A stretch of 64,000 nucleotides of DNA from Planctomycetota bacterium (GTDB lineage: Bacteria; Planctomycetota; B15-G4; SIAN01). Of the stretch, positions 28,572 to 38,237 are shown one piece after another. Position numbers and translations under genes: made by a program. The notes beneath the pieces were generated by a model. The model did no database searches. It had not been told where the DNA came from and worked only from the letters and a program-made list of their open reading frames with translations. The stretch lies in the NCBI GenBank assembly GCA_031409275.1, contig JANNXA010000045.1, forward strand, positions 4,396 through 68,395, written 5' to 3'. Each line of letters opens with the position of its first letter. Positions within the stretch are counted from its first letter, which is position 1.

Positions 28572-31500
28572 ATGAATCGCCGCGACGACGACCTCTCGAT
28601 GGCCCGCCCCGCGCATGGCGACGGCGAGGTGGCGCGCGTGCGGCTGCCCGATGGCCGTCTCGCCGTGCGCAAGCGCTTCGCGAGCGCAGCGCAGCCCGAG
28701 TTTCGCGCCGAAGTGGGCGCCCTGCTCGAAGTGGCAGCGCCGGAGATCACCCGACTGCTCGACGCCGGAGTCGATGACGACGGCCGTGCCTGGTTGGTGC
28801 GTGAATGGGTCGAAGGCTCCTCGCTGCGCGAGGCGTTGCCCGTATCGACCGCAGCGCGCTCGCGTGTGCTGCAAGACGTGCTGGCGGGCCTCTCCGCCCT
28901 CCATCGCGCGGGACTGATCCACGCCGATCTCAAACCGGAGAACGTGCTGCTCTGCGACGATGGCAGCGCGAAGCTGTGCGACTTCGGGCTGGCGACCGCA
29001 ACGCAACTGCAAGGCGCTCTCGCCGCCGGCTCGAGCTACTACCTGCCGCCCGAACGACTCCTCGGCTGGCCGCTCGACGCGCGCGCCGATCTCTTCTCGT
29101 TCGGGCTGCTGCTCTACGAATTGCTGGGAGGCGCGCTGCCAAGCGACGCGGCCGCGTTCTACGCCCGTTTCCCGCGCGAACCGCTGCTGCCGCTGCTGCC
29201 GACCGATCTCGCGAAGCACGGCGTCACGCCGGCGACGATCCGTGTGATCGAGCGACTCACCGCGATCGATCCGTGGCAGCGACCGGCCGATGTCGCGCAG
29301 ACGCAGGCGCTGCTCGCCGCGGTCGGACTCTTGCCAACGGAAGCGACTCGTCGCCCCCGTCCGCGCCTGCGATCGGACTTCTTCCTCGCCCCGGCGATGG
29401 CGCACGCCTCGACGCTGCTGGCCGCGGAGAGTCCGGCGCGCTGCCTCTACCTCTTGCCGCGGCGCGAGGACGGCCCCGCCTTCGAACGCGCGCTCGCGCT
29501 GGCGGCGGCGATCCATGGCGTGGCGCGCGACCTGCCCGACGCGCCGGCGCGCTCGCGCCAACGCCGCCTCAAGATCGGACGCGCCGACGCGGCCACTCTG
29601 CGCTCTTGCGGCGCGCGCATCGCCACCGGGGCCTCGTTGATGGGACTGTGGTGGAGCGAGCGGCCGCGCGCGGAGTGGTCCGAGCTGCCGCCGTGGATCA
29701 CTCTGGTGCCGTTCGCATCTCCCGATCCGGCGCGGCTTGCCGCCGAACTCGCCGGCCACGTCGGCTTGCGCGACGCCCTGCCCTTGCCACTGCTGCGCCT
29801 CGCGGAAGCGCTGATCGACGAGCTCGGCCCCGACCCTGCCGCGATCGACGCGACCCTCGACGCTCTCGTGGCGCAAGGACGGCTGATGGACGATGGCGGC
29901 GGCGTCCACGCCCCGCCGCTCGCGACCCGTTGGGAGGGGTTGCCGCGTCCGGCGCTCCCCGACGTGCCGCTCGAACCGGCGCTCGCGAACCTGGTGCGCG
30001 CGCTCGAGATCGCGGACGAACCGCTGCCCGCCGCCACCTTCGAGCGCCTCGCGCAGGCGCTCGAGTGCGCGCCCGCGCGAGCGCGAGCGCAGCTCGAGCA
30101 GCTGCGACTCGCCGTTGCCGCGCCGGCGGGTTGGAGCGCCGTGCCGGGGCGCCTGCCCCCCGCCACGCCGAGCCAACGACAACAAGCGGGTGCTGCGCTG
30201 CTGGCGGCATCACCGCTCGAAGGGCCGCGACCGCGACTTCGACTGCTGGCAGCCTTCGCCGCGCAGGCGCATCGCGAGGCGGCGCAGCTGCTGGTCGACC
30301 ACTGGCGCGAGCTCGCCGACGGCCGCGTCGACGCGTTGCTGCCCGAGCTTGAGCTCCTCCTCGCGACCTCGGAATGCGACAGCGCCACCCGCCATGCGAT
30401 CGGCGAGTTGCTGCTGGCCGCAGGCCGCGGCGCGCGCGCCGCCACGCTCTTCGAGTCGGTCGCCGAGGAGGGTGGTGCACCGCTCGAACTGCAGTTGCGC
30501 GCGCTGCGCCGGGCCGGTGACGTCGCGCTGCTGCGCGGGAACTACGACGACGCTCGCCGCGCCTTCGAGCGTGGCTGCGCCCGTGGCAAACGCACTTCGG
30601 AGGAGCACTACTTCATCCGGGGTCTCGCCGACGCGCGCTTGCGAAGCGGCGATGCCGCGGGCGCGCTCGCGCTGCTCGAACCGCTCTTCCCGCGCGGAGC
30701 CGCGCCGACGCGCGAGCGCCTCGAAGCGGAGCCGCTGCGTGCGCTCGCGCTGTTGCGCCACGGCGACCTCGCGGCCGCCGAAGACGTACTGAAGCGCGCC
30801 ATCGCGGCCACCCGACCGCTCGGCCATCCGGGCCTGCTGGCCGTCCTGTTGACCAATCTGTCGTTGGCGCAGTGGCGCAGCGGGCGCCCGCTGGTCGCCA
30901 TCGAGACCGCGCGCGAGGCGTTGTCGATCCAGGAAGAGCGCGGCCAGGCGCACGAGATCGCGGCGCTGCACCTGAACCTCGGCACCATCCTGCTCGACCT
31001 GCTGCGTTTCGACGAGGCGCGGCACCACTTCGAAGCGGCGCTCGAACTGCGCCGGGCGCTGAGCGAAGCGCGCGGCATCGCGCTGGCGCAAGCCGGAATC
31101 GCGCTGGTGGCGGTCGAACAAGGACATCTGGCCGCCGCCGCGACCGGCTTCGCGGCCGCGCGACCGATCCTCGCCGCGGTCGGGCAACCGCGCGAGCAGC
31201 TGCGCTGCGAACTCGGCCACTGCAAGGAGCGCTTTCGTTCCGGCCATTGGAGCGGTTTGACGCTTGCGCTGCGCAGCCTGGTAGCGCGCGCCGAGGCCGG
31301 CGGCCACCTCGACGTCGCCATCGACGGCGCGCATCTGCTGCTCGAGCGGGCGCTCGCGAGTCCGGGCAACTCTGCCATCGAACGCGCGGCCGAGAACTTC
31401 GCCCTGCTCGAGCGGTTGGTGGGCACGTCGCGCGACGCGGCTGCGACCACCGCGCTGCAGATGCGCCGCGCCCAGTTGAAGCGCGCGGTGGGCGACGTGG

Positions 31501-33455
31501 ATGGCGCGCTGAGCGTGCTGAACTCGGCGTTGCCGCGGCTCGCCGGCACCCCGCTCGCCATCGATGCGTCGCTGGAGGAGGTCGTGCTGCATGGACCGCC
31601 CTGCGAGATCTCGCGCATCGAAGCCGCCGAACGCGCCGCGCGCGTCACCAACCACCGCCGCGGCCTCGTGGCCGCGCTCGCCTTCCGGCGCGCGTGGCAC
31701 GTCGGGCGTGGCGATCGCCACGGCGCGGCGGCGACCTTGCGCGCGCTGCAGGAGACGTTGCGCGATGCGACCGGCAGCGATTCGCCCCGCACCCAGCTGC
31801 GCGCGGCGATCGGCATGATGGCGCCGCGCGGCGACGCGGTGCGTCTGGCCGCGAACGGGCGCCACGAACCGAAAGAAGAGATGACGGCTCACCTCCAGCT
31901 GTTGCGCACGTTCCTCTCGATCAACAAGCGCCTCGCCGGCGAGGCCGACGTCGCGCGACTGCTCGACTACCTGGTCGAGACGGCGTTGTCGCTGACCGGC
32001 GCCGAGCGCGGCTTCATCGCGCTCGAAAGCGCCGGGGCGACGCGCTTCGAAGTCGGCAAGAGCGCGCGCGGCGGCGACCTTGGCGCGCCCGAGAAGGAGC
32101 TCTCGTTCAGCTTCCTGCGCCAGTGCCTCGAGAAGGGGCGCACGCTGGTCACCTCGAACGCCGGCCTCGACCCCCGTTTTCGCGAGCAGGCGAGCGTGAG
32201 CGCGCTCGACCTCCGCTCGATCGTCTGCGTGCCGATCCGCGTCGACGACGGAACGCAGGCGGCGCTCTACGTCGATCACCCCGTGCGCGAAGGCGCGTTC
32301 GGTGAGCGCGAGATCGAGCTGTGCGAGGCGCTCGCCGACCAGGCCGGGATCGCGCTGCGCAACCTCCACGCACGCCAGCGCATCGAGACGTTGAACGGCC
32401 AGCTCGCGACGCGGGTCGAAGTCCAGCAGAGCGCGCTCGAGATCGCGACTCGGCGCCTCGATCGCGCCGGCGGGGAGCCATTGGCCGCCGGCGGCGATCA
32501 GCGCTGGATCGGCGAATCGACCACGTTCGTCGCCACCGGCCGCCTGCTCGAACGCTACGCCCAGACCGACCTTTCGGTGCTGGTGCGCGGCGAGAGCGGG
32601 ACGGGCAAGGAGGGGGCGGCGCGTCGCCTCCACGACCTCTCGCCACGGCGCGATCGTCCGTTCGTCAGCGAGAGCTGCACGGCGATCCCGGAGACGCTGC
32701 TCGAAGCGGAGTTCTTCGGGGTCAAGAAAGGCGCGTTCACTGGCGCCGACGCCGATCGCCCCGGGCTCTTCGAGCTGGCGCGCGGCGGCACGCTCTTCCT
32801 CGATGAGATCGGCGAGATGCCGTTGGCCCTGCAGGCGAAGCTGCTGCGCGCGCTCGAGGAACGGGCCGTGCGGCCGTTGGGAGCGCGCGAGGCGGTGGCG
32901 GTTGACCTGCGCCTCGTCACGGCGACGAACCGCGATCTGCGAACGCTCGCGCGCGAAGGGAAGTTCCGCGAGGACCTCTACTTCCGCATCGCTGCCGCCG
33001 AGCTCGAGATGCCGCCACTGCGCGCGCGCAAGGGCGACGTCGTGCCGCTGGCGCAGAGCTTCCTCGAACAGCTGAATCGCGCGCACGCGACCACCCGCCG
33101 CTTCACGCGCGCCGCGCTCGTCGAGCTCGACCGCTATTCATGGCCCGGCAACATCCGCCAGTTGAAGAACGAGGTGCAACGCGCCTTCGCCATCGCGGAG
33201 GACGACGACCTCGACTGGCAGGCGCCACAAGGAGGCGTCGAACGCGCCAGCGGTTCGATGCGGTTCCCGGAGCCGCTGCCGACGCTCGCCGAACTGGAGA
33301 AGCTCGCCATCACGGAGGCGCTGACGCGCCATGACGGCGACAAGGAGGCGGCCGCCCGCGCCATCGGCATCTCGCGCGCGTCGATCTACGACAAGGTGCG
33401 CCGCTACGACCTCGGTCCAGCTTCTGGACGTCGCAGTGCGAAGGATCCGGCGTAG
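28572..33455 (+). CDS. Fusion of Ser/Thr protein kinase, TPR/helical region, GAF domain and sigma-54-dependent AAA+ activator with C-terminal Fis-type HTH (1627 aa).
   Basis: Kinase motifs HADLKPENVLL, DFGLA, PPE. GAF region about 1150-1330. Sigma-54 activator Walker A GESGTGKE, GAFTGA motif, arginine fingers. C-terminal HTH (DKEAAARAIGISRASIYDKVRR). Confidence 0.85.
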   Translation: MNRRDDDLSMARPAHGDGEVARVRLPDGRLAVRKRFASAAQPEFRAEVGALLEVAAPEITRLLDAGVDDDGRAWLVREWVEGSSLREALPVSTAARSRVLQDVLAGLSALHRAGLIHADLKPENVLLCDDGSAKLCDFGLATATQLQGALAAGSSYYLPPERLLGWPLDARADLFSFGLLLYELLGGALPSDAAAFYARFPREPLLPLLPTDLAKHGVTPATIRVIERLTAIDPWQRPADVAQTQALLAAVGLLPTEATRRPRPRLRSDFFLAPAMAHASTLLAAESPARCLYLLPRREDGPAFERALALAAAIHGVARDLPDAPARSRQRRLKIGRADAATLRSCGARIATGASLMGLWWSERPRAEWSELPPWITLVPFASPDPARLAAELAGHVGLRDALPLPLLRLAEALIDELGPDPAAIDATLDALVAQGRLMDDGGGVHAPPLATRWEGLPRPALPDVPLEPALANLVRALEIADEPLPAATFERLAQALECAPARARAQLEQLRLAVAAPAGWSAVPGRLPPATPSQRQQAGAALLAASPLEGPRPRLRLLAAFAAQAHREAAQLLVDHWRELADGRVDALLPELELLLATSECDSATRHAIGELLLAAGRGARAATLFESVAEEGGAPLELQLRALRRAGDVALLRGNYDDARRAFERGCARGKRTSEEHYFIRGLADARLRSGDAAGALALLEPLFPRGAAPTRERLEAEPLRALALLRHGDLAAAEDVLKRAIAATRPLGHPGLLAVLLTNLSLAQWRSGRPLVAIETAREALSIQEERGQAHEIAALHLNLGTILLDLLRFDEARHHFEAALELRRALSEARGIALAQAGIALVAVEQGHLAAAATGFAAARPILAAVGQPREQLRCELGHCKERFRSGHWSGLTLALRSLVARAEAGGHLDVAIDGAHLLLERALASPGNSAIERAAENFALLERLVGTSRDAAATTALQMRRAQLKRAVGDVDGALSVLNSALPRLAGTPLAIDASLEEVVLHGPPCEISRIEAAERAARVTNHRRGLVAALAFRRAWHVGRGDRHGAAATLRALQETLRDATGSDSPRTQLRAAIGMMAPRGDAVRLAANGRHEPKEEMTAHLQLLRTFLSINKRLAGEADVARLLDYLVETALSLTGAERGFIALESAGATRFEVGKSARGGDLGAPEKELSFSFLRQCLEKGRTLVTSNAGLDPRFREQASVSALDLRSIVCVPIRVDDGTQAALYVDHPVREGAFGEREIELCEALADQAGIALRNLHARQRIETLNGQLATRVEVQQSALEIATRRLDRAGGEPLAAGGDQRWIGESTTFVATGRLLERYAQTDLSVLVRGESGTGKEGAARRLHDLSPRRDRPFVSESCTAIPETLLEAEFFGVKKGAFTGADADRPGLFELARGGTLFLDEIGEMPLALQAKLLRALEERAVRPLGAREAVAVDLRLVTATNRDLRTLAREGKFREDLYFRIAAAELEMPPLRARKGDVVPLAQSFLEQLNRAHATTRRFTRAALVELDRYSWPGNIRQLKNEVQRAFAIAEDDDLDWQAPQGGVERASGSMRFPEPLPTLAELEKLAITEALTRHDGDKEAAARAIGISRASIYDKVRRYDLGPASGRRSAKDPA

Positions 33456-33568
33456 GCGCTCCAAGGCTGCGGGAGCTCCCGGAGGAATCGATTGCTATCC
33501 GCACATGGGCGATGGCGCGTCGCTTGCACGGCATTGGCGCTCCCCCGCTTCGATGGAATCCTCCCGCC

Positions 33569-35359
33569 ATGCGACTTCGCAACCTGCGCCGAGTTCTTGC
33601 ACTGCTTGCAGCGTGGCCCGCCGTCACGTTCGCGCAAGGCAGCCCTGGCTCCGCGCGAATCGTCGTCCTCGACGAGCGGACGCTGACGCTGCAGTCGTTT
33701 CGCGAGGACACGCTCGCGCTCACGGGCCGGCCGGGACCCGATCGCTGCAAGCTGAGGCCGCTGACGCTGGTGTCGCGAGACGGAGCCGACCTCCTCGATC
33801 TCACGCTGCCGCAGCAGAGCGACGAGCTCGGCGTCACGTCGATCGCGCTCCCCGATGGTGGCTGGCTGCTCCGCTACCGCGACCCGAAGAACCTCCGCGG
33901 CGGCGTGCTGTGGGTCAGCGCGGCGGGCCGCTGCAACGTGCTGCTCGAGCAGCCGCTGGTCAACGGACAGGATCGATTGCTGGCGAACATCGCGGTGTCG
34001 CCGTTCGAAGCGCGCGCCGCCGTCATCGAGAACGAGAACCTGACCGGGCGCGGCGACGTCTGGTTGCTGCGCTTCGATGGCTCCGACTTCGCGTCGAGCG
34101 GCACGCCGGCGTACTGCGTCACTTCCTCGCTGGCCGGCCCCGACGCCGAACCCGACTCGATGGTGTTCGCCAAGGGCGCGCTGTTCTTCGCCGAGAGCGA
34201 TCGATTCCTGCGCCGCGCACCCAGCGATGGCAGCGGCGCCGCGCTCTCACTCAAGCTGCCGAAGTCGGCGGGTCTCGTGCCCGCCGAGATCAGCAACGAG
34301 ATCGCCGTCAGCCGCGATGGCTCGACGCTGGCGTTCCAGGCCGGACTGAGCGAGGCGTCGTGGGACCTCTACGTCGCGACCGCGGCTGGAGTCGTCACGA
34401 ACCTGTCGAAGGCGCCAAGCCAGTTCAACATCGCCGGCCACACCACCAGCGAATCGACCGGTCCGCTGATGGCGCTGTCGGACGATGGCGCGACGCTCCT
34501 CTACGCCGACGACGTCCCCGACCTCGAGCTCTTCAGCCGCCCCACCGACGGCAGCGCCGCGCCGATCCAGTTCACGACCGACCGCGAGTTCGAGCATTCG
34601 CTCGCCGATGGGAGCACGGTCATCGCGATGTTCGGCGGACCGCTCTTCTCGTTCGGCGAAGCGGGCTTCCATCGCGATTTCTATCGAGCGACCTTCAGCG
34701 GCGGGACGGCGGCCGTGAGCAACCTCACGGCGACCTCGGGTGCCACGACGGCCCCCTTCCCGAAAGGCGCCCTGCTGCAGCCGACGATCGCGGCGCGCAC
34801 GAGCGGCAGCGGTCTGGTGATGGTCGATCTGCTGGGACTCGGCGCCGGCAATCCGAGCTTCGATGTCTGGACGCTCGACGCGGCCGGCAGCGCTCCGTTG
34901 CTGAACGGCCTGAAGCTCGCGCCGAGATTCCTGCGCGGAGGACCGGCGGCGGCACCCGTACTGCTGGCGGCGGTGACGACGGCTGGCGGCGATCAGATCT
35001 GGCGCCTGCCCGACACGCCGGCGGGAGCGGCGCAGTTCGTCGTCGACGCGCCCGGGCTCTCGTTGCGCGGGGTCGCGCTTCGTGACGATGGCAGCGAGAT
35101 CGCGTTCGTCGTTTCCGGCGGCGCCGGACTCGAGCAGGTGGCGGCCGTCGACCTGGCGAGCGGCCGGCTGCGCCTGCTGACGCCGCAGCCCGGCTTCGCG
35201 GGCGCTTCGGCGGCCTACTCGCCGACCGGACGGGTGCTCTTCACCTTCTCGACGATCACGTCAGCGCCACTCTTCGCGTTCGCCGAGTCCCCCGCCGGCA
35301 GCGGCATCGCCCGCAAGCTGGCCGGGGCGGGCACGGCGCCGCGCTTCCTGACGCGCTGA
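33569..35359 (+). CDS. Secreted hypothetical protein, probably a beta-propeller.
   Basis: Start ATG 33569 gives signal peptide MRLRNLRRVLALLAAWPAVTFAQG. Repetitive Gly/Ser/Asp-rich segments, high GC3, no stops in frame. Confidence 0.55.
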   Translation: MRLRNLRRVLALLAAWPAVTFAQGSPGSARIVVLDERTLTLQSFREDTLALTGRPGPDRCKLRPLTLVSRDGADLLDLTLPQQSDELGVTSIALPDGGWLLRYRDPKNLRGGVLWVSAAGRCNVLLEQPLVNGQDRLLANIAVSPFEARAAVIENENLTGRGDVWLLRFDGSDFASSGTPAYCVTSSLAGPDAEPDSMVFAKGALFFAESDRFLRRAPSDGSGAALSLKLPKSAGLVPAEISNEIAVSRDGSTLAFQAGLSEASWDLYVATAAGVVTNLSKAPSQFNIAGHTTSESTGPLMALSDDGATLLYADDVPDLELFSRPTDGSAAPIQFTTDREFEHSLADGSTVIAMFGGPLFSFGEAGFHRDFYRATFSGGTAAVSNLTATSGATTAPFPKGALLQPTIAARTSGSGLVMVDLLGLGAGNPSFDVWTLDAAGSAPLLNGLKLAPRFLRGGPAAAPVLLAAVTTAGGDQIWRLPDTPAGAAQFVVDAPGLSLRGVALRDDGSEIAFVVSGGAGLEQVAAVDLASGRLRLLTPQPGFAGASAAYSPTGRVLFTFSTITSAPLFAFAESPAGSGIARKLAGAGTAPRFLTR

Positions 35360-35405
35360 GACGCGCGCCAGGAAGGGGCTGGCGAAGGGCGTCGCGGCGT
35401 ACCGT

Positions 35406-36977
35406 CTACGACTGGTCGAGCGTGTAGCTCACCGCCTCGATGCCCGGACGCCCCGCCATCTGGCTCTGCTCCCACTTGATGAAGTCGGAGCGCACGCCCA
35501 TGACGTTGCTGTAGCGGATCGTGTAGTGCGTCCAGTCCTTCGCCATCAGCTCGTCGGACAGCTCGCGCTCGTGCTCCAGCAGCCCCGCCTTGCGCTTGTC
35601 CCAGGTCGCCTTGTCCATCGCCTCGACTTCGCGGACGAGCTCCTGGTAGATCGGTGCGCATGGCCAGTCGGTCCGCGCATTGACCCACCACGTGCACAGC
35701 TTCCCGAGCTTCTCGAGGAAGAGGTCGTGCTCGGGGCTGAAGTTGAGGCAGCTGCCGTCGAAGTAGTTGCCTAGCCCCTTCATCTTCGATTCATCGATCA
35801 GCGGCTTGGCGATGTCGTAGCCGACCGTTCCCTTGAACGGGAAGAAGATGGCCCAGCGGAAGCGGCCGAGCTTCACCTTCGCGCACAGCTCGAACGTGTC
35901 GAGGATCTCGGCGCGCCCTTCGTGAGGCAGACCGAACATGATGAAGGCGGAGGTGTGCAGGTCGTACTTGTGCGCGTTCGCGAAGCTGTCCTCGATCTGC
36001 TGGTTCGTCATGTAGCGGTGCAGGACGTCGCGGCGGATGCGATCGTTGCCCGACTCGAGCCCGAACTTCACGATCATGCAGCCCGCTTCCTTCAGGTAGC
36101 GCGCCGAGGCGTCATCGAAGCAGTTGACGTGGCCGTTGACGACGAACGGGAGGCCGACGTTCGCTTCCTGGTAGGCCTTGCAGAACTTCTTCACGTACGG
36201 CTTGTTCAGCGTGAAGAGGTCGTCGTCGAAGATGAACGTCTTGATCTGCGGGTAGCGCCCGCGCAGATCCTTCAGCTCGGCGATCTGGCGCTCGATCGGG
36301 AAGCTGCGCAGGAACTCCTTCGGCCCCTTCGCCGCGCCGTCGGCGACGTACTGGTCGACGATCTCGAGGTTGAAGCAATAGGTGCACTTGTAGGGGCAGC
36401 CGCGCGAAGTGAGGATCCCCATCCACCCCTTCGTCGCCGCCAGCACCTTCGGCATGTCGAAGACTTCGTAGTCGAGCGCCGGCAGCGTGTCGAGGCCCGG
36501 GAATGGCGCAACCGGCTTGATCTTCTTCTCGCCGCCGACCCAGCTTCGGATGCCGTTCACCTCGGTCGGGTCGCCGCCCTTCACGAGCGCGTCCATCACG
36601 TCGACGAGCGCATAGTCGCCCTCGCCGATGCAGACGTAGTCCCACAGCTTCGACTCGTGCACTTCGTCCGGCACCATCGTGCAGTGGACGCCGCCGATGA
36701 TCTGCTTCAACTCGGGGAACGCGGCGCGGATCGCCTTGCCCGCCTCGATGCACCAGTCGTACTGCATCGAGAGCGCGGAGAAGCCGATCAGGCCGGGCTT
36801 GGTCTCGCGCACGTAGTCGACGACCTGCGCCATCGTCGGCACCGGCTCGAGCTTCTCGCAAACGTGCCAGAGGTCCATCTCGTGGCCGCGCGACTTCACG
36901 ACGCCCGCGAGCGAAGCGATGCCGTGGTTGCTGCCAGCCGGCGCGTCGAGGCTCGGGTAGAGCAGAAGGATCTTCAT
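35406..36977 (-). CDS. B12-binding-domain radical SAM enzyme (class B).
   Basis: Start at ATG 36977 (MKILLLYPSLDAPAGSNHG, cobalamin-binding domain). Radical SAM cluster motif SRGCPYKCTYCFN, then a TIM-barrel region. Confidence 0.85.
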   Translation of the reverse strand: MKILLLYPSLDAPAGSNHGIASLAGVVKSRGHEMDLWHVCEKLEPVPTMAQVVDYVRETKPGLIGFSALSMQYDWCIEAGKAIRAAFPELKQIIGGVHCTMVPDEVHESKLWDYVCIGEGDYALVDVMDALVKGGDPTEVNGIRSWVGGEKKIKPVAPFPGLDTLPALDYEVFDMPKVLAATKGWMGILTSRGCPYKCTYCFNLEIVDQYVADGAAKGPKEFLRSFPIERQIAELKDLRGRYPQIKTFIFDDDLFTLNKPYVKKFCKAYQEANVGLPFVVNGHVNCFDDASARYLKEAGCMIVKFGLESGNDRIRRDVLHRYMTNQQIEDSFANAHKYDLHTSAFIMFGLPHEGRAEILDTFELCAKVKLGRFRWAIFFPFKGTVGYDIAKPLIDESKMKGLGNYFDGSCLNFSPEHDLFLEKLGKLCTWWVNARTDWPCAPIYQELVREVEAMDKATWDKRKAGLLEHERELSDELMAKDWTHYTIRYSNVMGVRSDFIKWEQSQMAGRPGIEAVSYTLDQS

Positions 36978-37253
36978 CCGGCGTGCGCTCCGGGAACAAG
37001 TCAGAGCAGCGAAGCCCCCGCGAACCAACGCGGCGACGCCTCCGGAAAACGGCTCTCCAGAGGGCTCCTCCCTCGAAACAGGACCAAACTCATACAGATT
37101 CGAGCAGTCGATGCAACGCGCGCATTCGCACGGAGTTGTGGCGGGCGCGGTCGCTTCGGAACCAACTTCTCACCGCGCCCAGGCGTTTCGGCTCCGGATG
37201 GAGCGCCTTGTGACGATTCCTAGGTAGCCACCCCAACGTCGGAGTCCGCCGCC

Positions 37254-37640
37254 ATGCACCCCCCTCGACCCAAGCGAGCCACTCGATCGCGCCGCAGCGG
37301 CTTTGCGCTCGTCGAGTTGATGGTGACTTCGATCGTGCTGATGACCGGATGCGTCGCCCTGGTGCTCTCCACCAGCACCACCGGCCTCGCGACCTTCAAG
37401 GCCGAGCAGGCCAGCGTCACCAAGAACACGCTCGACTGGCTGCTCGAAAGTCTCGCCGACGTGGAGTTCGACGACCTGCTGTCGTGGAACGGGGTCAGCT
37501 TCGACCGCGGCGACCACACCGCCCGTGTCAACGCAACCACGGTGTCGCTCGGACTGATCAGCCTCGAGATGACGGTCACCGACGACCGCACCGGCAGCGT
37601 CCTGGGGCGCATCGCGACGCTGCGCTCGGGAGGCTACTGA
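37254..37640 (+). CDS. Prepilin-type N-terminal cleavage/methylation-domain pseudopilin (T2SS or type IV pilus minor pilin-like).
   Basis: GGAG Shine-Dalgarno 9 nt upstream of ATG 37254. Basic leader then G-F-A-L-V-E-L-M-V class III signal-peptide motif with a hydrophobic helix. Confidence 0.7.
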   Translation: MHPPRPKRATRSRRSGFALVELMVTSIVLMTGCVALVLSTSTTGLATFKAEQASVTKNTLDWLLESLADVEFDDLLSWNGVSFDRGDHTARVNATTVSLGLISLEMTVTDDRTGSVLGRIATLRSGGY

Positions 37641-37641
37641 G

Positions 37642-38229
37642 ATGGCGACCCCACGACGCAAGACGCGCGGCACCACGCTGCTCGAGACCTCGATCACGGC
37701 GACGCTCCTCGTCGGGGTGGTCGGCACCGCGCTCTCCCTGACGCGCGAATCGCAGGGCGTCATGCTCGATTGCATGCGCGCACTCGCCGAGCGGACCGAG
37801 TCGAGCAACGCGTTCGACGAGCTCGCCGAGTCGATCGCGCAGGCGAATGGCGCGACCCTCCAGATCGACACCCGTCCGGTGGACGGCGACCTCCTGCTGC
37901 TCCAGGTGCCGGTCAACCTCGTCGGCAGCGCCGCGACGTGGGGCGCGACCTCTCTCGACCGCGTCACGTCCACGCAATGGGCCGGCGCCTTCGACGAGTA
38001 CCGGCTGATCGCGTCGCAGAACCACCGCACGAAGTTCCGCCTCACCCGCCGACCGGTCGACGCGAACGGCCAGCCACTGGCCGCGGCGGTCGACATCGCC
38101 GACGGGATCGATGGCGTCGACTCGGCGGGCCACAAGGGATTCACCGTCTTCCGTGACGCGAGCCTCGTTCGCGTCACCCTGCGCGTCGGACATGCCGTCG
38201 ACGTCACCGTCCGTCTGCGCAATCCGTGA
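37642..38229 (+). CDS. Second pseudopilin-like protein (GspJ/PilW-like).
   Basis: Start 1 nt after the upstream stop. N-terminal G-T-T-L-L-E-T-S-I-T prepilin-like motif and a hydrophobic segment. Confidence 0.6.
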   Translation: MATPRRKTRGTTLLETSITATLLVGVVGTALSLTRESQGVMLDCMRALAERTESSNAFDELAESIAQANGATLQIDTRPVDGDLLLLQVPVNLVGSAATWGATSLDRVTSTQWAGAFDEYRLIASQNHRTKFRLTRRPVDANGQPLAAAVDIADGIDGVDSAGHKGFTVFRDASLVRVTLRVGHAVDVTVRLRNP

Positions 38230-38237
38230 GAACTCCC

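Noticed and set aside
30210-33086. 958-aa minus-strand ORF
   Set aside because: Antisense shadow of the kinase/sigma-54 activator fusion gene.
36978-37253. Sigma-54 promoter-like TGGCGG-N-GTCGC upstream of the pseudopilin operon
   Set aside because: GG to GC spacing is 11 rather than the near-invariant 10, and the -12 element is not TTGC. Not convincing by eye.
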